Positions 16,791-23,885 of a DNA stretch of 23,885 nucleotides are shown here, piece after piece. The stretch is from a virus (lineage: Duplodnaviria; Heunggongvirae; Uroviricota; Caudoviricetes). Position 1 is the stretch's first letter, and every line of letters begins with the position of its first letter. The translations under genes were made by a program, and so were the position numbers. The DNA lies in IMG/VR virus record IMGVR_UViG_3300010262_000019; one strand, given 5' to 3'. Below the pieces are notes generated by a model. It was not told where the DNA came from. It saw nothing but the letters and a program-made list of their open reading frames with translations, and did no database searches.

Positions 16791-18057
16791 TGGTTTTTCC
16801 CTCATCGTTTTTTGGGGGCTTAAAATCTCCTGCCGGGTTAGCAGCATTCACGCTTACCAGCATCTCGTCCAGCCCTTCAACCGGATTCATATCCTCGAAT
16901 GCGCGGGCCTCATTACGGCTCATCCATCCATCGGTAATAGCGAAGTGATAGAATTGCGCGCGCTCCTGCGGAGTTCCGCGTAAAAGCCCCGTCAGATTGA
17001 ACCTGACGTAATACCCGGCGGCTAACTCAGCGCGGGTAAACAAGCGACGGTTAAGCTCCTGCTCCCAGTTCGTCACCCACGGCATCATCGTGTAGCGGAC
17101 AAACTGAATCGCCTGCGCAGAAATATTGGAGAAGGTGGCTTTTTCGAGGTCATTAATCATGTGCGCAGGAATATTGAAAATACCGGCGATCATTGAACGG
17201 TTCAGCTTCATCATGTCAATGATCTGAGCGTCAACTGGCGACACAGTCAGTGCCTTGTAATCCAGATCGGCTGGCAGCAGCATGGTTTTGTTTTCCTGGC
17301 GGCGTAACGCCTGCGATGCCTTCTGCCACTGATCTTTAAGCCAGCCCCAGCTTTCCTTATTGAGTCCGCTTTTAACGGATACTATCCCCGCCGGACGGGC
17401 ATTACCGCTGAAGAAGCTTTCTGTGTACTTCTGACCGCTCATCCCCATGCCTATTGTTTCGGCATGTTGCATAATCGGACTCAGCCCCATCTTCTGATTA
17501 TTACCCAGCGCACGGATGTGGATCATATCGTCCGGACTGATCGCAAACGCCCCATATTCGTTGTACAAACCGTAGGTATATCGGCCACCAGTATTCATCA
17601 GCGTCGTTTCCCACGGCATACAGCAATCCAGGGATATGACTTCACCGCGACGATTACGTTTCACCCAGGTATACCCATTCCCCCAGCCAAGGATGTGACG
17701 TTGCTTCAGTTCGCGCCATTTGTAGCTGGTTTGCCAGGTATTGGGCTCATCATGAACCAGATAAAACGCCGGATGATCGCGTGCGGGTTCAACCTTCCCC
17801 TTGTGCCTGCGCATAACATGCAACGGCATCTGGGCAAGGCTGGAAGACAGGACATAGATACAGGAATACACCGCAGCCAGTTTCATCGCAGTCTCAGGAC
17901 TGACATAAACGTCTGCCCGGAACAGCCCATCAGTATCAACGGCATCCCCGGTTATCGGGGTGGAAGGATTCTCCAGTGATTTACTTCTGAACAGAGCATC
18001 AAGCAGCACGCGTCCCCCTTCTGGCCATAGCCAGTGCGCCCACCAGCAGTAAAGCAC
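16783..18057 (-). CDS. Portal protein, HK97 family (start codon uncertain)
   Basis: About 420-aa ORF after the large terminase gene. The track start is a GTG; an internal GTG/ATG further 3' is also possible. Confidence 0.8.
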   Translation of the reverse strand: MLYCWWAHWLWPEGGRVLLDALFRSKSLENPSTPITGDAVDTDGLFRADVYVSPETAMKLAAVYSCIYVLSSSLAQMPLHVMRRHKGKVEPARDHPAFYLVHDEPNTWQTSYKWRELKQRHILGWGNGYTWVKRNRRGEVISLDCCMPWETTLMNTGGRYTYGLYNEYGAFAISPDDMIHIRALGNNQKMGLSPIMQHAETIGMGMSGQKYTESFFSGNARPAGIVSVKSGLNKESWGWLKDQWQKASQALRRQENKTMLLPADLDYKALTVSPVDAQIIDMMKLNRSMIAGIFNIPAHMINDLEKATFSNISAQAIQFVRYTMMPWVTNWEQELNRRLFTRAELAAGYYVRFNLTGLLRGTPQERAQFYHFAITDGWMSRNEARAFEDMNPVEGLDEMLVSVNAANPAGDFKPPKNDEGKTNE

Positions 18058-18160
18058 CGGACAAAATCAGAGCCGGAGCCATACCAAACTGCAGGTAAAC
18101 CCCGCACGTAAGCAGGCCAAAACCAGCCAGCCCGATAACATCAGCAATTAGTGATTTCAT
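17999..18160 (-). CDS. Possible small hydrophobic protein (53 aa) between the large terminase and portal genes
   Basis: Read by hand: [53 protein letters not shown]. Its ATG overlaps the large terminase stop (ATGA) and it has two predicted hydrophobic helices, but it overlaps the annotated portal 5' end in another frame. Confidence 0.25.
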   Translation of the reverse strand: MKSLIADVIGLAGFGLLTCGVYLQFGMAPALILSGALLLVGALAMARRGTRAA

Positions 18161-19890
18161 AGAATTAAGAGATCATCGTCCGGATCAAGAGATGAGAGGA
18201 AATCGTCAGGTTCTTTGAGCATTGCCCGACCGATCGTCATAATCAGTGCAACCGCACCATCGATTTTGTTTTCCGCCTGCTCCTTGACGGGCTTCACTAA
18301 ATCATCGTTACCAGGCATGTTTTTGCCGACCACATTGCCGATACACCAGGTCATGATGGGATTGCCGTCATGATGAAAGCGCCCCGATTCAATCGCTGCT
18401 TCCAGCTCTTTCATCGGGTCGGACATATTGGCGAAGTTCTGGACGATAGTAACGGGATTCAGGTCTTCATCAGCAAGGTCATGTGACAGCCCGGTCGCCC
18501 CGAAAGGGTCGATGGGTGACTCACTGACCGGGCTGATTTTGTTCGCCGCTTTGGCCTCTTCGAGGATGTAGCGATAATCCACCTCTGCACCATCGGTAAC
18601 GGTCAGGACGCCCATTTCCACCCATTTCTGAAAGCGTTCGGCTGTCCGGCGATCTTCATTTTTCTCGACGCTGTACACCGTGTCATACGGTACCCAGAAG
18701 CGCGGGGCCACACTGTAGTAATGCGTTTTACCGTCAATCTCGCGGGTATAAAGTCGCGCCATGCTGTTCATATCCAGCTTACGCGCCAGGTCAAAGGCCA
18801 GAATGCACGGTTGCCCCTCGAACTGCTCAAGGGTCAGTGATTTATCCTCGCAGCTCTGCCAGCTCACCAGATTAAAATAAGCCGAACGCGCCGACACCCA
18901 GATATTGAGGTGTTTTGTTTTAAAGACGTTTGCCAGACGGGCGTTATTTTTCGCACGCTGCTGCTGACTTAACAAAAATTCGCGATAAACCGACACGCCA
19001 ATATTTGGATTGGCTTTTTCCAGCACCTGCGGGTCGGTCCAGTCGTCACCTTCGTCAACGGTATAGATGATCCCGAACAGTTCATCGTTAGGCACCGAGC
19101 CGTTGAGCATCTCGATGACTTCCCGCCGCTTGTCGTAGCACGGCCCCTCAATGTTGTACCCGGCGGTGGTGATGGCCCACATCAGTGGCTGACGTCGCGC
19201 CCCCATCCCGGTAAGCATCGTGGTGTAAAGCGCATCGGTGGCGTGCTCGTGATATTCATCCACCACCGCACAGTGGGGTGATGAACCATCACCGGGGTTA
19301 CCGATCAGCGGTTCAAACCGCGCGCCATCCTCCGGACGGTTCATGTTTGAAGCGTTAACCTCAATCCCGAACGCTTCCGTCAGCATGGGTGTGCGTTTAC
19401 ACATCAGTCGCGCCGGGCGAAAGACTTCCCACGCCTGTTTCTCTGTCGTGGCACCGGAATACACTTCCGCGCCAAACTCGTTATCACAGGCAAAACAATA
19501 CAGGGCAACACCGGCAGAGATTGCTGATTTGCCGTTCTTACGGGGGATTTCGGTATACACCTCCCGGAAGCGGCGCAACCGGGTGCCTTTATTGACCCAG
19601 CCAAACGCACAGCAGATCACAAATAGCTGCCACGGCTCCAGCGTGATGGGCATCCGTTTGAATGCCCACTCACCCTTGGTGTGCGGCAACAGCTGAATAA
19701 ATTTCGCGGCCCGTTCAGCCAGGTCCTTGTCGAAGCGGTAACGAAACGACTTACTTTTTTCCGCCATCAGGTCATCAAGATGGCGCTGGCAGGCCTGAAT
19801 CACAAACTGGCAGGCCACAATCTTTCCGCGCACGACATCACGGGCATACTGATTGGCAGCATTTACGTTGGGGTAAGATTTCCGGCTCAT
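18157..19890 (-). CDS. Terminase large subunit
   Basis: 577-aa ORF with an ATPase region (...[17 protein letters not shown]..., ...[10 protein letters not shown]...) and a C-terminal nuclease region, immediately after the small terminase gene (ATGA overlap). Confidence 0.9.
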   Translation of the reverse strand: MSRKSYPNVNAANQYARDVVRGKIVACQFVIQACQRHLDDLMAEKSKSFRYRFDKDLAERAAKFIQLLPHTKGEWAFKRMPITLEPWQLFVICCAFGWVNKGTRLRRFREVYTEIPRKNGKSAISAGVALYCFACDNEFGAEVYSGATTEKQAWEVFRPARLMCKRTPMLTEAFGIEVNASNMNRPEDGARFEPLIGNPGDGSSPHCAVVDEYHEHATDALYTTMLTGMGARRQPLMWAITTAGYNIEGPCYDKRREVIEMLNGSVPNDELFGIIYTVDEGDDWTDPQVLEKANPNIGVSVYREFLLSQQQRAKNNARLANVFKTKHLNIWVSARSAYFNLVSWQSCEDKSLTLEQFEGQPCILAFDLARKLDMNSMARLYTREIDGKTHYYSVAPRFWVPYDTVYSVEKNEDRRTAERFQKWVEMGVLTVTDGAEVDYRYILEEAKAANKISPVSESPIDPFGATGLSHDLADEDLNPVTIVQNFANMSDPMKELEAAIESGRFHHDGNPIMTWCIGNVVGKNMPGNDDLVKPVKEQAENKIDGAVALIMTIGRAMLKEPDDFLSSLDPDDDLLIL

Positions 19891-20390
19891 GATTCGATGA
19901 TTTTCAGAAACGGGTTAGTGGCTTTCTTCTGCCCCGCCAGGCCAATCAGACGCTGGCGGCTGCTGGGGTCGAGTCCGAGCATTGCCCCCGTGCTGCTCAT
20001 CTCGGACTCCTGTTCTTTTTTGGCGGTCAGCTCCGGATTTTTGACCATACCGCCCATTGCACCGGTGATGGTGTTGCCCTGTCTGGCAATATTTTTCACG
20101 GCACGTCGCCAGAACTCGTAGGCCACGCACCACCGCTCAAGCACCGCGAGGTCAGTCACGCACAGCAGGCCCTGACCGCAGAGTTCTTTAGTTGTCAGTT
20201 GCCACATGATCGTAGCGAGAGGGAGATCTTCTTCAGCGAACCACTCCGGTGGCTCAACACCTTTGATGGGCGTAAAAACAGGTTCATCTTTATTCAGGGC
20301 TCGCTTGCCGGGGTTTCCGGCCAGCGCCTTGCGCGCCGTTGGCTTGGGGCGACGCCCGGAACGCCCCGCCGTTCCAGCCATATGCGGCAC
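19887..20390 (-). CDS. Terminase small subunit (P27-like family)
   Basis: 167-aa ORF directly upstream of the large terminase gene, with AGGAG 8 nt upstream of its ATG. Confidence 0.75.
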   Translation of the reverse strand: MPHMAGTAGRSGRRPKPTARKALAGNPGKRALNKDEPVFTPIKGVEPPEWFAEEDLPLATIMWQLTTKELCGQGLLCVTDLAVLERWCVAYEFWRRAVKNIARQGNTITGAMGGMVKNPELTAKKEQESEMSSTGAMLGLDPSSRQRLIGLAGQKKATNPFLKIIES

Positions 20391-20507
20391 TCCTGGTTAA
20401 ATTTCATTTTTCGCGGGTATAAAAAAACGATGGGGCGGGCAGTCCGGAAGACGTCAGGTCACAGGGATTTGACCCGCCCCTCCCTCACAGACAGTTGAGA
20501 ATTATTA
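20391..20507. other. Intergenic region between the HNH and small terminase genes containing a GC-rich inverted repeat; candidate cos/packaging site and/or terminator
   Basis: ggggcgggc (20439-20447) and its complement cccgcccc (about 20475-20482) are separated by about 27 nt; on the minus strand the downstream arm is followed by a U-run. In HK97-like genomes cos lies between the HNH gene and the small terminase gene. Confidence 0.3.
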
Positions 20508-20858
20508 TCACTTTAACCGTTCACGGGCCGTCTTCGCCTTATGGCAGGGCCAGCACAGACTCTGCAGATTACTGTCGGCATCAGTGCCGCCATGCGCTTT
20601 AGGGATGATGTGGTCAACGGTTTTCGCCTCGCGCACCACACCGGCACGCAAACACAACTGACACAGGCCTTTGTCACGCTTCAGTACTCGCACCCGGATA
20701 CCGTCCCACTTCGAACCATAACCACGCTGATGGCGGGACTGGCCCGACTTGTATTGCTTCCAGCCCTCGCTTTTGTGGCTTTCGCAGTAGCCTGACGGGT
20801 CAGTCGTGGTATTGCGGCAGCCGCGAACACGGCAGGCTTTTGGGATTCGAGGAGGCAT
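20508..20858 (-). CDS. HNH endonuclease (terminase-associated)
   Basis: 116-aa ORF with an N-terminal Cys cluster (CRVRGC...C.SH) and the HNH core ...VDHIIPKAHGGTDADSNLQSLCWPCHKAKT...; it lies immediately upstream of the terminase genes. Confidence 0.85.
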   Translation of the reverse strand: MPPRIPKACRVRGCRNTTTDPSGYCESHKSEGWKQYKSGQSRHQRGYGSKWDGIRVRVLKRDKGLCQLCLRAGVVREAKTVDHIIPKAHGGTDADSNLQSLCWPCHKAKTARERLK

Positions 20859-20884
20859 AAATATATTCCTGTTCTTTGTCCAGA

Positions 20885-21157
20885 CTATTTGCCTGCTGCC
20901 AGCAAAGCGTTACGGCGCATCTCGATACTTCGAATTCCCGCTTTGTCAATATTACATTGTCCCAACGCTGACAACAGACTCACATTCAACTCCAGACTGG
21001 CACCATACGTCAGCGGATTGGGTATAAACGGTACAGGAGTATCAGAAGTCAGGCTGGCTGGCAGTGGTGCCACCGGAACGCTCACGTAAACCGTTCGCGA
21101 ATTTCCGCAACCGGTCAGCAGCGGCAGCAGGCACAGGACGTGAAGCACAATCATCAT
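20885..21157 (-). CDS. Rz1-like o-spanin (outer-membrane lipoprotein)
   Basis: Read in the +1 frame relative to Rz, starting inside Rz. The preferred start MMIVLHVLCLLPLLTGC gives a lipoprotein signal with an LLTGC lipobox, and the mature part is Pro-rich. Confidence 0.6.
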   Translation of the reverse strand: MMIVLHVLCLLPLLTGCGNSRTVYVSVPVAPLPASLTSDTPVPFIPNPLTYGASLELNVSLLSALGQCNIDKAGIRSIEMRRNALLAAGK

Positions 21158-21434
21158 CCGCAACAGCCACTTTGATATCTTCCTGGGTTCTCTGTGACTC
21201 CAGTGCGATCTGCTGTTTTGCATGTTGATTCGCCTCCTGAATGATGTTCGTTATTGCCATAGTTCGCAGAACATTCGCGGTGATAGCCTCAGTAGAATCA
21301 GCTCGCTGTTCCGCAGCGTCAGCACGCTTCTGTTCCTCCAGAAACTTTCCGTGGTAGTGATTAGCTGACCAGATAAGACCACCAGCAATACAAGCAATAA
21401 ACGTTAAAATGAGCGCCCAATAACTCATCTTCAT
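21042..21434 (-). CDS. Rz-like i-spanin
   Basis: 130-aa ORF with one N-terminal transmembrane helix (YWALILTFIACIAGGLIW) and a charged helical periplasmic domain; it follows the endolysin gene with overlapping start and stop. Confidence 0.7.
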   Translation of the reverse strand: MKMSYWALILTFIACIAGGLIWSANHYHGKFLEEQKRADAAEQRADSTEAITANVLRTMAITNIIQEANQHAKQQIALESQRTQEDIKVAVADDDCASRPVPAAAADRLRKFANGLRERSGGTTASQPDF

Positions 21435-22045
21435 ACCAGCAGCGCCGCCCGCGCCTTGTTGTATCGAACCTTACGATCCTCAATACCGTTCAGACCGCCG
21501 TTAATGATGCGCGTAACACGATTAATATCAGCACCGTAGACCATGCAGCCTTTAGAGGTGTAGAACCATGCAGCTGAGCGCGCAGCCTGTAGCTCCTGCT
21601 CCAGTTGTTCAGGTGAGGTCACCAGATCTAACTTCAGCGCCGCGCCACAGATGCGATAATTATGAAGGCCAGTGATTTGAATTAATCCTCTACCACGATA
21701 TTTCCAGCCATCACCGGGTGCTTTGTTACCCAGTCGGTTGCTATACACCAGATTGGCAATAGCATCCTGACGAGCTGCATGTCCGGATGTTCTGCCAAGG
21801 GCATCAGCCTGCTGCTGTGTGATCCTCTTTCCGAACGTCGCCACCAGCGCAGATGGTGTGTAGTTAAAATTTTCAACTACGGCGCTAAACCCCATCGACT
21901 CATGGCCTACCTGAGCGATAAACATTGCCTGATCCGCTGGTGCTGTAATGCCGAATTCCTTCATCGCCGCATCAATGTGCGGATACCAGCGCGCAGCCAG
22001 CCCGGCGCTAATACCAGCCGCCTTTTGAAATAATTGTTGGTTCAT
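21431..22045 (-). CDS. Endolysin, glycoside hydrolase family 19 (chitinase-like) type
   Basis: 204-aa ORF with ...FIAQVGHESMGF... and ...YRGRGLIQITGLHNY..., motifs typical of GH19 endolysins; it sits between the membrane proteins and the spanins. Confidence 0.8.
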   Translation of the reverse strand: MNQQLFQKAAGISAGLAARWYPHIDAAMKEFGITAPADQAMFIAQVGHESMGFSAVVENFNYTPSALVATFGKRITQQQADALGRTSGHAARQDAIANLVYSNRLGNKAPGDGWKYRGRGLIQITGLHNYRICGAALKLDLVTSPEQLEQELQAARSAAWFYTSKGCMVYGADINRVTRIINGGLNGIEDRKVRYNKARAALLV

Positions 22046-22326
22046 TAGTGCCTCAGATGATCAACCAGACGTGCAACGTTGCCTCTGACGGCCACCAGCA
22101 CGGAAAGAAAAATAGTGTTCGCCACGATAATGGGCCATGAGGAATGAGGATAAATCCCACAGAGATAGGCCAACGGAACAGCACTGTATGTAACAGTAAT
22201 CAGCCAGGCTAAACGTGAAACCCAAGGACGATGCCGCGAATCACCACGACGATAAAACATCAGAGTAATAACAACACAAGCACATAACAGCGCATTTATA
22301 GTTGCTGTCGGGTCATTTAGCTCCAC
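22045..22326 (-). CDS. Small membrane protein of the lysis cassette (putative holin or antiholin component)
   Basis: 93-aa ORF with two to three hydrophobic helices, overlapping the upstream membrane-protein gene by 14 nt and abutting the endolysin start. Confidence 0.45.
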   Translation of the reverse strand: MELNDPTATINALLCACVVITLMFYRRGDSRHRPWVSRLAWLITVTYSAVPLAYLCGIYPHSSWPIIVANTIFLSVLVAVRGNVARLVDHLRH

Positions 22327-22699
22327 CTGAACCTCCCCGGCGCGTTATGAGCGCCACCAGCGAGCCGATATCCTGATTATTCAGGAACGTCAGGATTTTA
22401 ACGGCTAAAGCAGAGACGATTACGGCACCAATAGCATCCAGAGGTTTATCACTGTATCCGGTCAAGTTCGCCAGCTTGGAGCCAACCAACCCAGAGCAAA
22501 GAATCCCGGCAATATATGACACGATAAAATATGCCAGTCGGCGCGATGCACTCAGATCTGCTGCTGTTGCTATGTAGAATACAGCCCCTGCAAATGCGCC
22601 AAATACAACGCCGTAATCAGTTCCGGTCAGCAGTCCATAAACACTGGCACCCGTCAGGGCACCACCAGCCAGCCCAGTACCGGAAATCGGATCGGACAT
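22313..22699 (-). CDS. Putative holin (glycine-rich multi-pass membrane protein)
   Basis: 128-aa ORF with GAGGGGG 5 nt upstream of the ATG and several Gly/Ala-rich hydrophobic segments; it is the first gene of the lysis cassette. Confidence 0.5.
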   Translation of the reverse strand: MSDPISGTGLAGGALTGASVYGLLTGTDYGVVFGAFAGAVFYIATAADLSASRRLAYFIVSYIAGILCSGLVGSKLANLTGYSDKPLDAIGAVIVSALAVKILTFLNNQDIGSLVALITRRGGSGGAK

Positions 22700-22844
22700 T
22701 TAGCCCCCTCTTAATTGCTGTTGGTCCTCTCAGATATGAGGGGAAGGGATCTTAATGACAGTTTGTCTATTATTTCAGACAGACTAAAACCTGATTACAT
22801 ATCAGAAGAAGCAGCAGAATTTCTCCGCTCACTAAAACTTTCAG

Positions 22845-23102
22845 TCAAACACTACCCTGTTGATTCTTTCTCAGAGGCGGACTTGACTCCCAGGGGAAAC
22901 TCAACTTTCCGTTAAAACCACCAGCAGACATTCGTTCAATTTCCACAGAAATATCACTGAGCCGTTCTTCAAGCTCTGCTTTTTCTTTTACCAGACGGTT
23001 ATAGCGGCTTAGATGAAGCTTTTGCTGCTCCAGCCAGTCTTCAAGCTGTTCAACAGTCATACCAGGGTTAAAAAAATATGGCTGCTGCTTTTCGTCCTGC
23101 AT
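22845..23102 (-). CDS. Hypothetical small protein (85 aa) between the Q-like gene and the lysis cassette
   Basis: Preferred start MQDEKQQPYFFNPG... has GGAGG 8 nt upstream and lies immediately after the candidate terminator; the longer 108-aa ORF in the track would span that terminator. The product is helical and charged, and is not a recognisable lysis protein. Confidence 0.5.
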   Translation of the reverse strand: MQDEKQQPYFFNPGMTVEQLEDWLEQQKLHLSRYNRLVKEKAELEERLSDISVEIERMSAGGFNGKLSFPWESSPPLRKNQQGSV

Positions 23103-23115
23103 TATTGACCTCCAG

Positions 23116-23142
23116 AAAAGCAAAAACCCCGCCGAAGCGAGG
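23116..23142 (-). terminator. Candidate tR'-like rho-independent terminator downstream of the late promoter
   Basis: Minus-strand RNA ccucgc-uucg-gcgggg (6-bp stem including one G-U pair, UUCG tetraloop) followed by UUUUUGCUUUU. Confidence 0.5.
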
Positions 23143-23192
23143 TTTGTTATGATTTCGTTAACGGCAGACATACAAAGCCCATCGTTAGGAGA

Positions 23193-23221
23193 ACTCTAAC
23201 CAGATTTTTTGAAAAATACAA
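23193..23221 (-). promoter_or_regulatory. Candidate late promoter (PR'-like) just downstream of the Q-like gene
   Basis: On the minus strand TTGTAT, a 17-bp spacer, then TAGAGT, about 70 nt upstream of the candidate terminator. Both hexamers match consensus only partially, but the layout Q-promoter-terminator-late genes is that of lambdoid phages. Confidence 0.3.
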
Positions 23222-23252
23222 GAATCATGTCGCTATCTTCGGCGAAAATCAT

Positions 23253-23885
23253 TTATCTCGTCACTTTTCTTAATTGCGCCTCAGCATATGCTTCTTCCTG
23301 CCAGCACTTTGTCACCAGTTTATCAATGACATCTGCATATCCTTTGTACCACTGATAATCCGTCAGGTCTGGTACCAGCTTCTGGACATGATGCCGCGCC
23401 AGTGTGGTTGGTAAACGGCTAAACCGGTTTCCATTGCAACGCCCACAAATCTTATAAACAGGCGTGCCATGAAGCCGGGTCCTTTTTTCATCCAGGACAA
23501 TACCTTTACCCTTACACCCTCTGCACGCTGTGCTGACTTCTCCCTTACCATGACAATGCTGACATAGTTCCTTCACCCACTCTTCCTTGATAACAGATTC
23601 CCCGCTTCTGGAGTGTTTCACCACCTCGCGCAATACATTATGAAATCCCGTACCTGCACAATGCTCACAGCGAGCCTTACTTGCCGCAGACCTGGAATAA
23701 TCAGCAAAAGCAAAATTCACAAGGTAAGGGATGATCTGTAACCGGGTTTCTTCACTCAATTTGTTCAATGCCGGGTTATCCAGTGCCATCGCGTAATTGA
23801 GCAGACCTTCAATCGCAAACTGAGGCTCCTGAACACCAACTTTTGCCAGGAATAAGGCAAACCCAAGCGGTGCTTTCGACTGCAC
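23253..23885 (-). CDS. Q-like late-gene antitermination protein (5' end may lie beyond the window edge)
   Basis: The ORF runs to the window edge. It contains four Cys pairs (CEHCAGTG, CQHCHGKG, CRGCKGKG, CGRCNGNR), i.e. a zinc-binding cluster, and lies directly upstream of the promoter/terminator pair and the lysis genes. Confidence 0.55.
   Translation of the reverse strand: MQSKAPLGFALFLAKVGVQEPQFAIEGLLNYAMALDNPALNKLSEETRLQIIPYLVNFAFADYSRSAASKARCEHCAGTGFHNVLREVVKHSRSGESVIKEEWVKELCQHCHGKGEVSTACRGCKGKGIVLDEKRTRLHGTPVYKICGRCNGNRFSRLPTTLARHHVQKLVPDLTDYQWYKGYADVIDKLVTKCWQEEAYAEAQLRKVTR

Noticed and set aside
20885-21223. Full 112-aa version of the ORF embedded in Rz
   Set aside because: The N-terminal 22 residues are hydrophilic and precede the lipoprotein signal; the internal start (21157) gives a canonical signal peptide and lipobox.
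22845-23171. Full 108-aa version of the small ORF starting at 23171
   Set aside because: That start would place the candidate terminator hairpin (23116-23142) inside the coding region and has no RBS, whereas the internal ATG at 23102 has GGAGG 8 nt upstream. The shorter 85-aa version is preferred.
1-23885. CRISPR arrays, tRNA or rRNA genes, integrase and attachment sites
   Set aside because: No regular repeat-spacer periodicity, no cloverleaf-like or rRNA-like conserved stretches and no tyrosine-recombinase ORF were found; the integration module must lie outside this window.

Overview
This window is about 24 kb of the late region of a mosaic temperate phage or prophage of an enterobacterial host (E. 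coli/Shigella/Salmonella-like), read here in reverse: nearly every gene is on the minus strand, so transcription runs from the right edge to the left. In that order it holds a Q-like antiterminator (partial, at the right edge), a candidate late promoter and terminator, a small unknown ORF, a lysis cassette (two membrane proteins, GH19-type endolysin, overlapped Rz/Rz1 spanins), an HNH endonuclease, a candidate cos region, small and large terminase, an HK97-like head module (portal, prohead protease, major capsid, connector proteins), a Mu-like contractile tail and baseplate (sheath, tube, frameshifted chaperone, tape measure, gp43-gp48 homologues), a short tail fibre with its assembly chaperone, and a Pin/Gin-type invertible segment with a silent alternative fibre cassette and adjacent invertase. 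A DinI-family gene on the plus strand runs off the left edge. The architecture recalls the e14/SfV type of element, but that is recognition by eye, not a search result. The clearest accessory cargo is a roughly 0.6-kb AT-rich insertion between the tape-measure and DNA-circulation genes, carrying one gene for a secreted protein of unknown function with its own promoter and terminator. Other points of interest are an in-frame stop inside the silent fibre cassette, a perfect palindrome over the invertase ribosome-binding site, a small ORF at the Q-to-lysis moron hotspot, and a small hydrophobic ORF between terminase and portal. No tRNA, rRNA, CRISPR array, integrase or transposase was seen. All calls rest on reading the supplied ORF translations and the sequence by eye; no database search was run.
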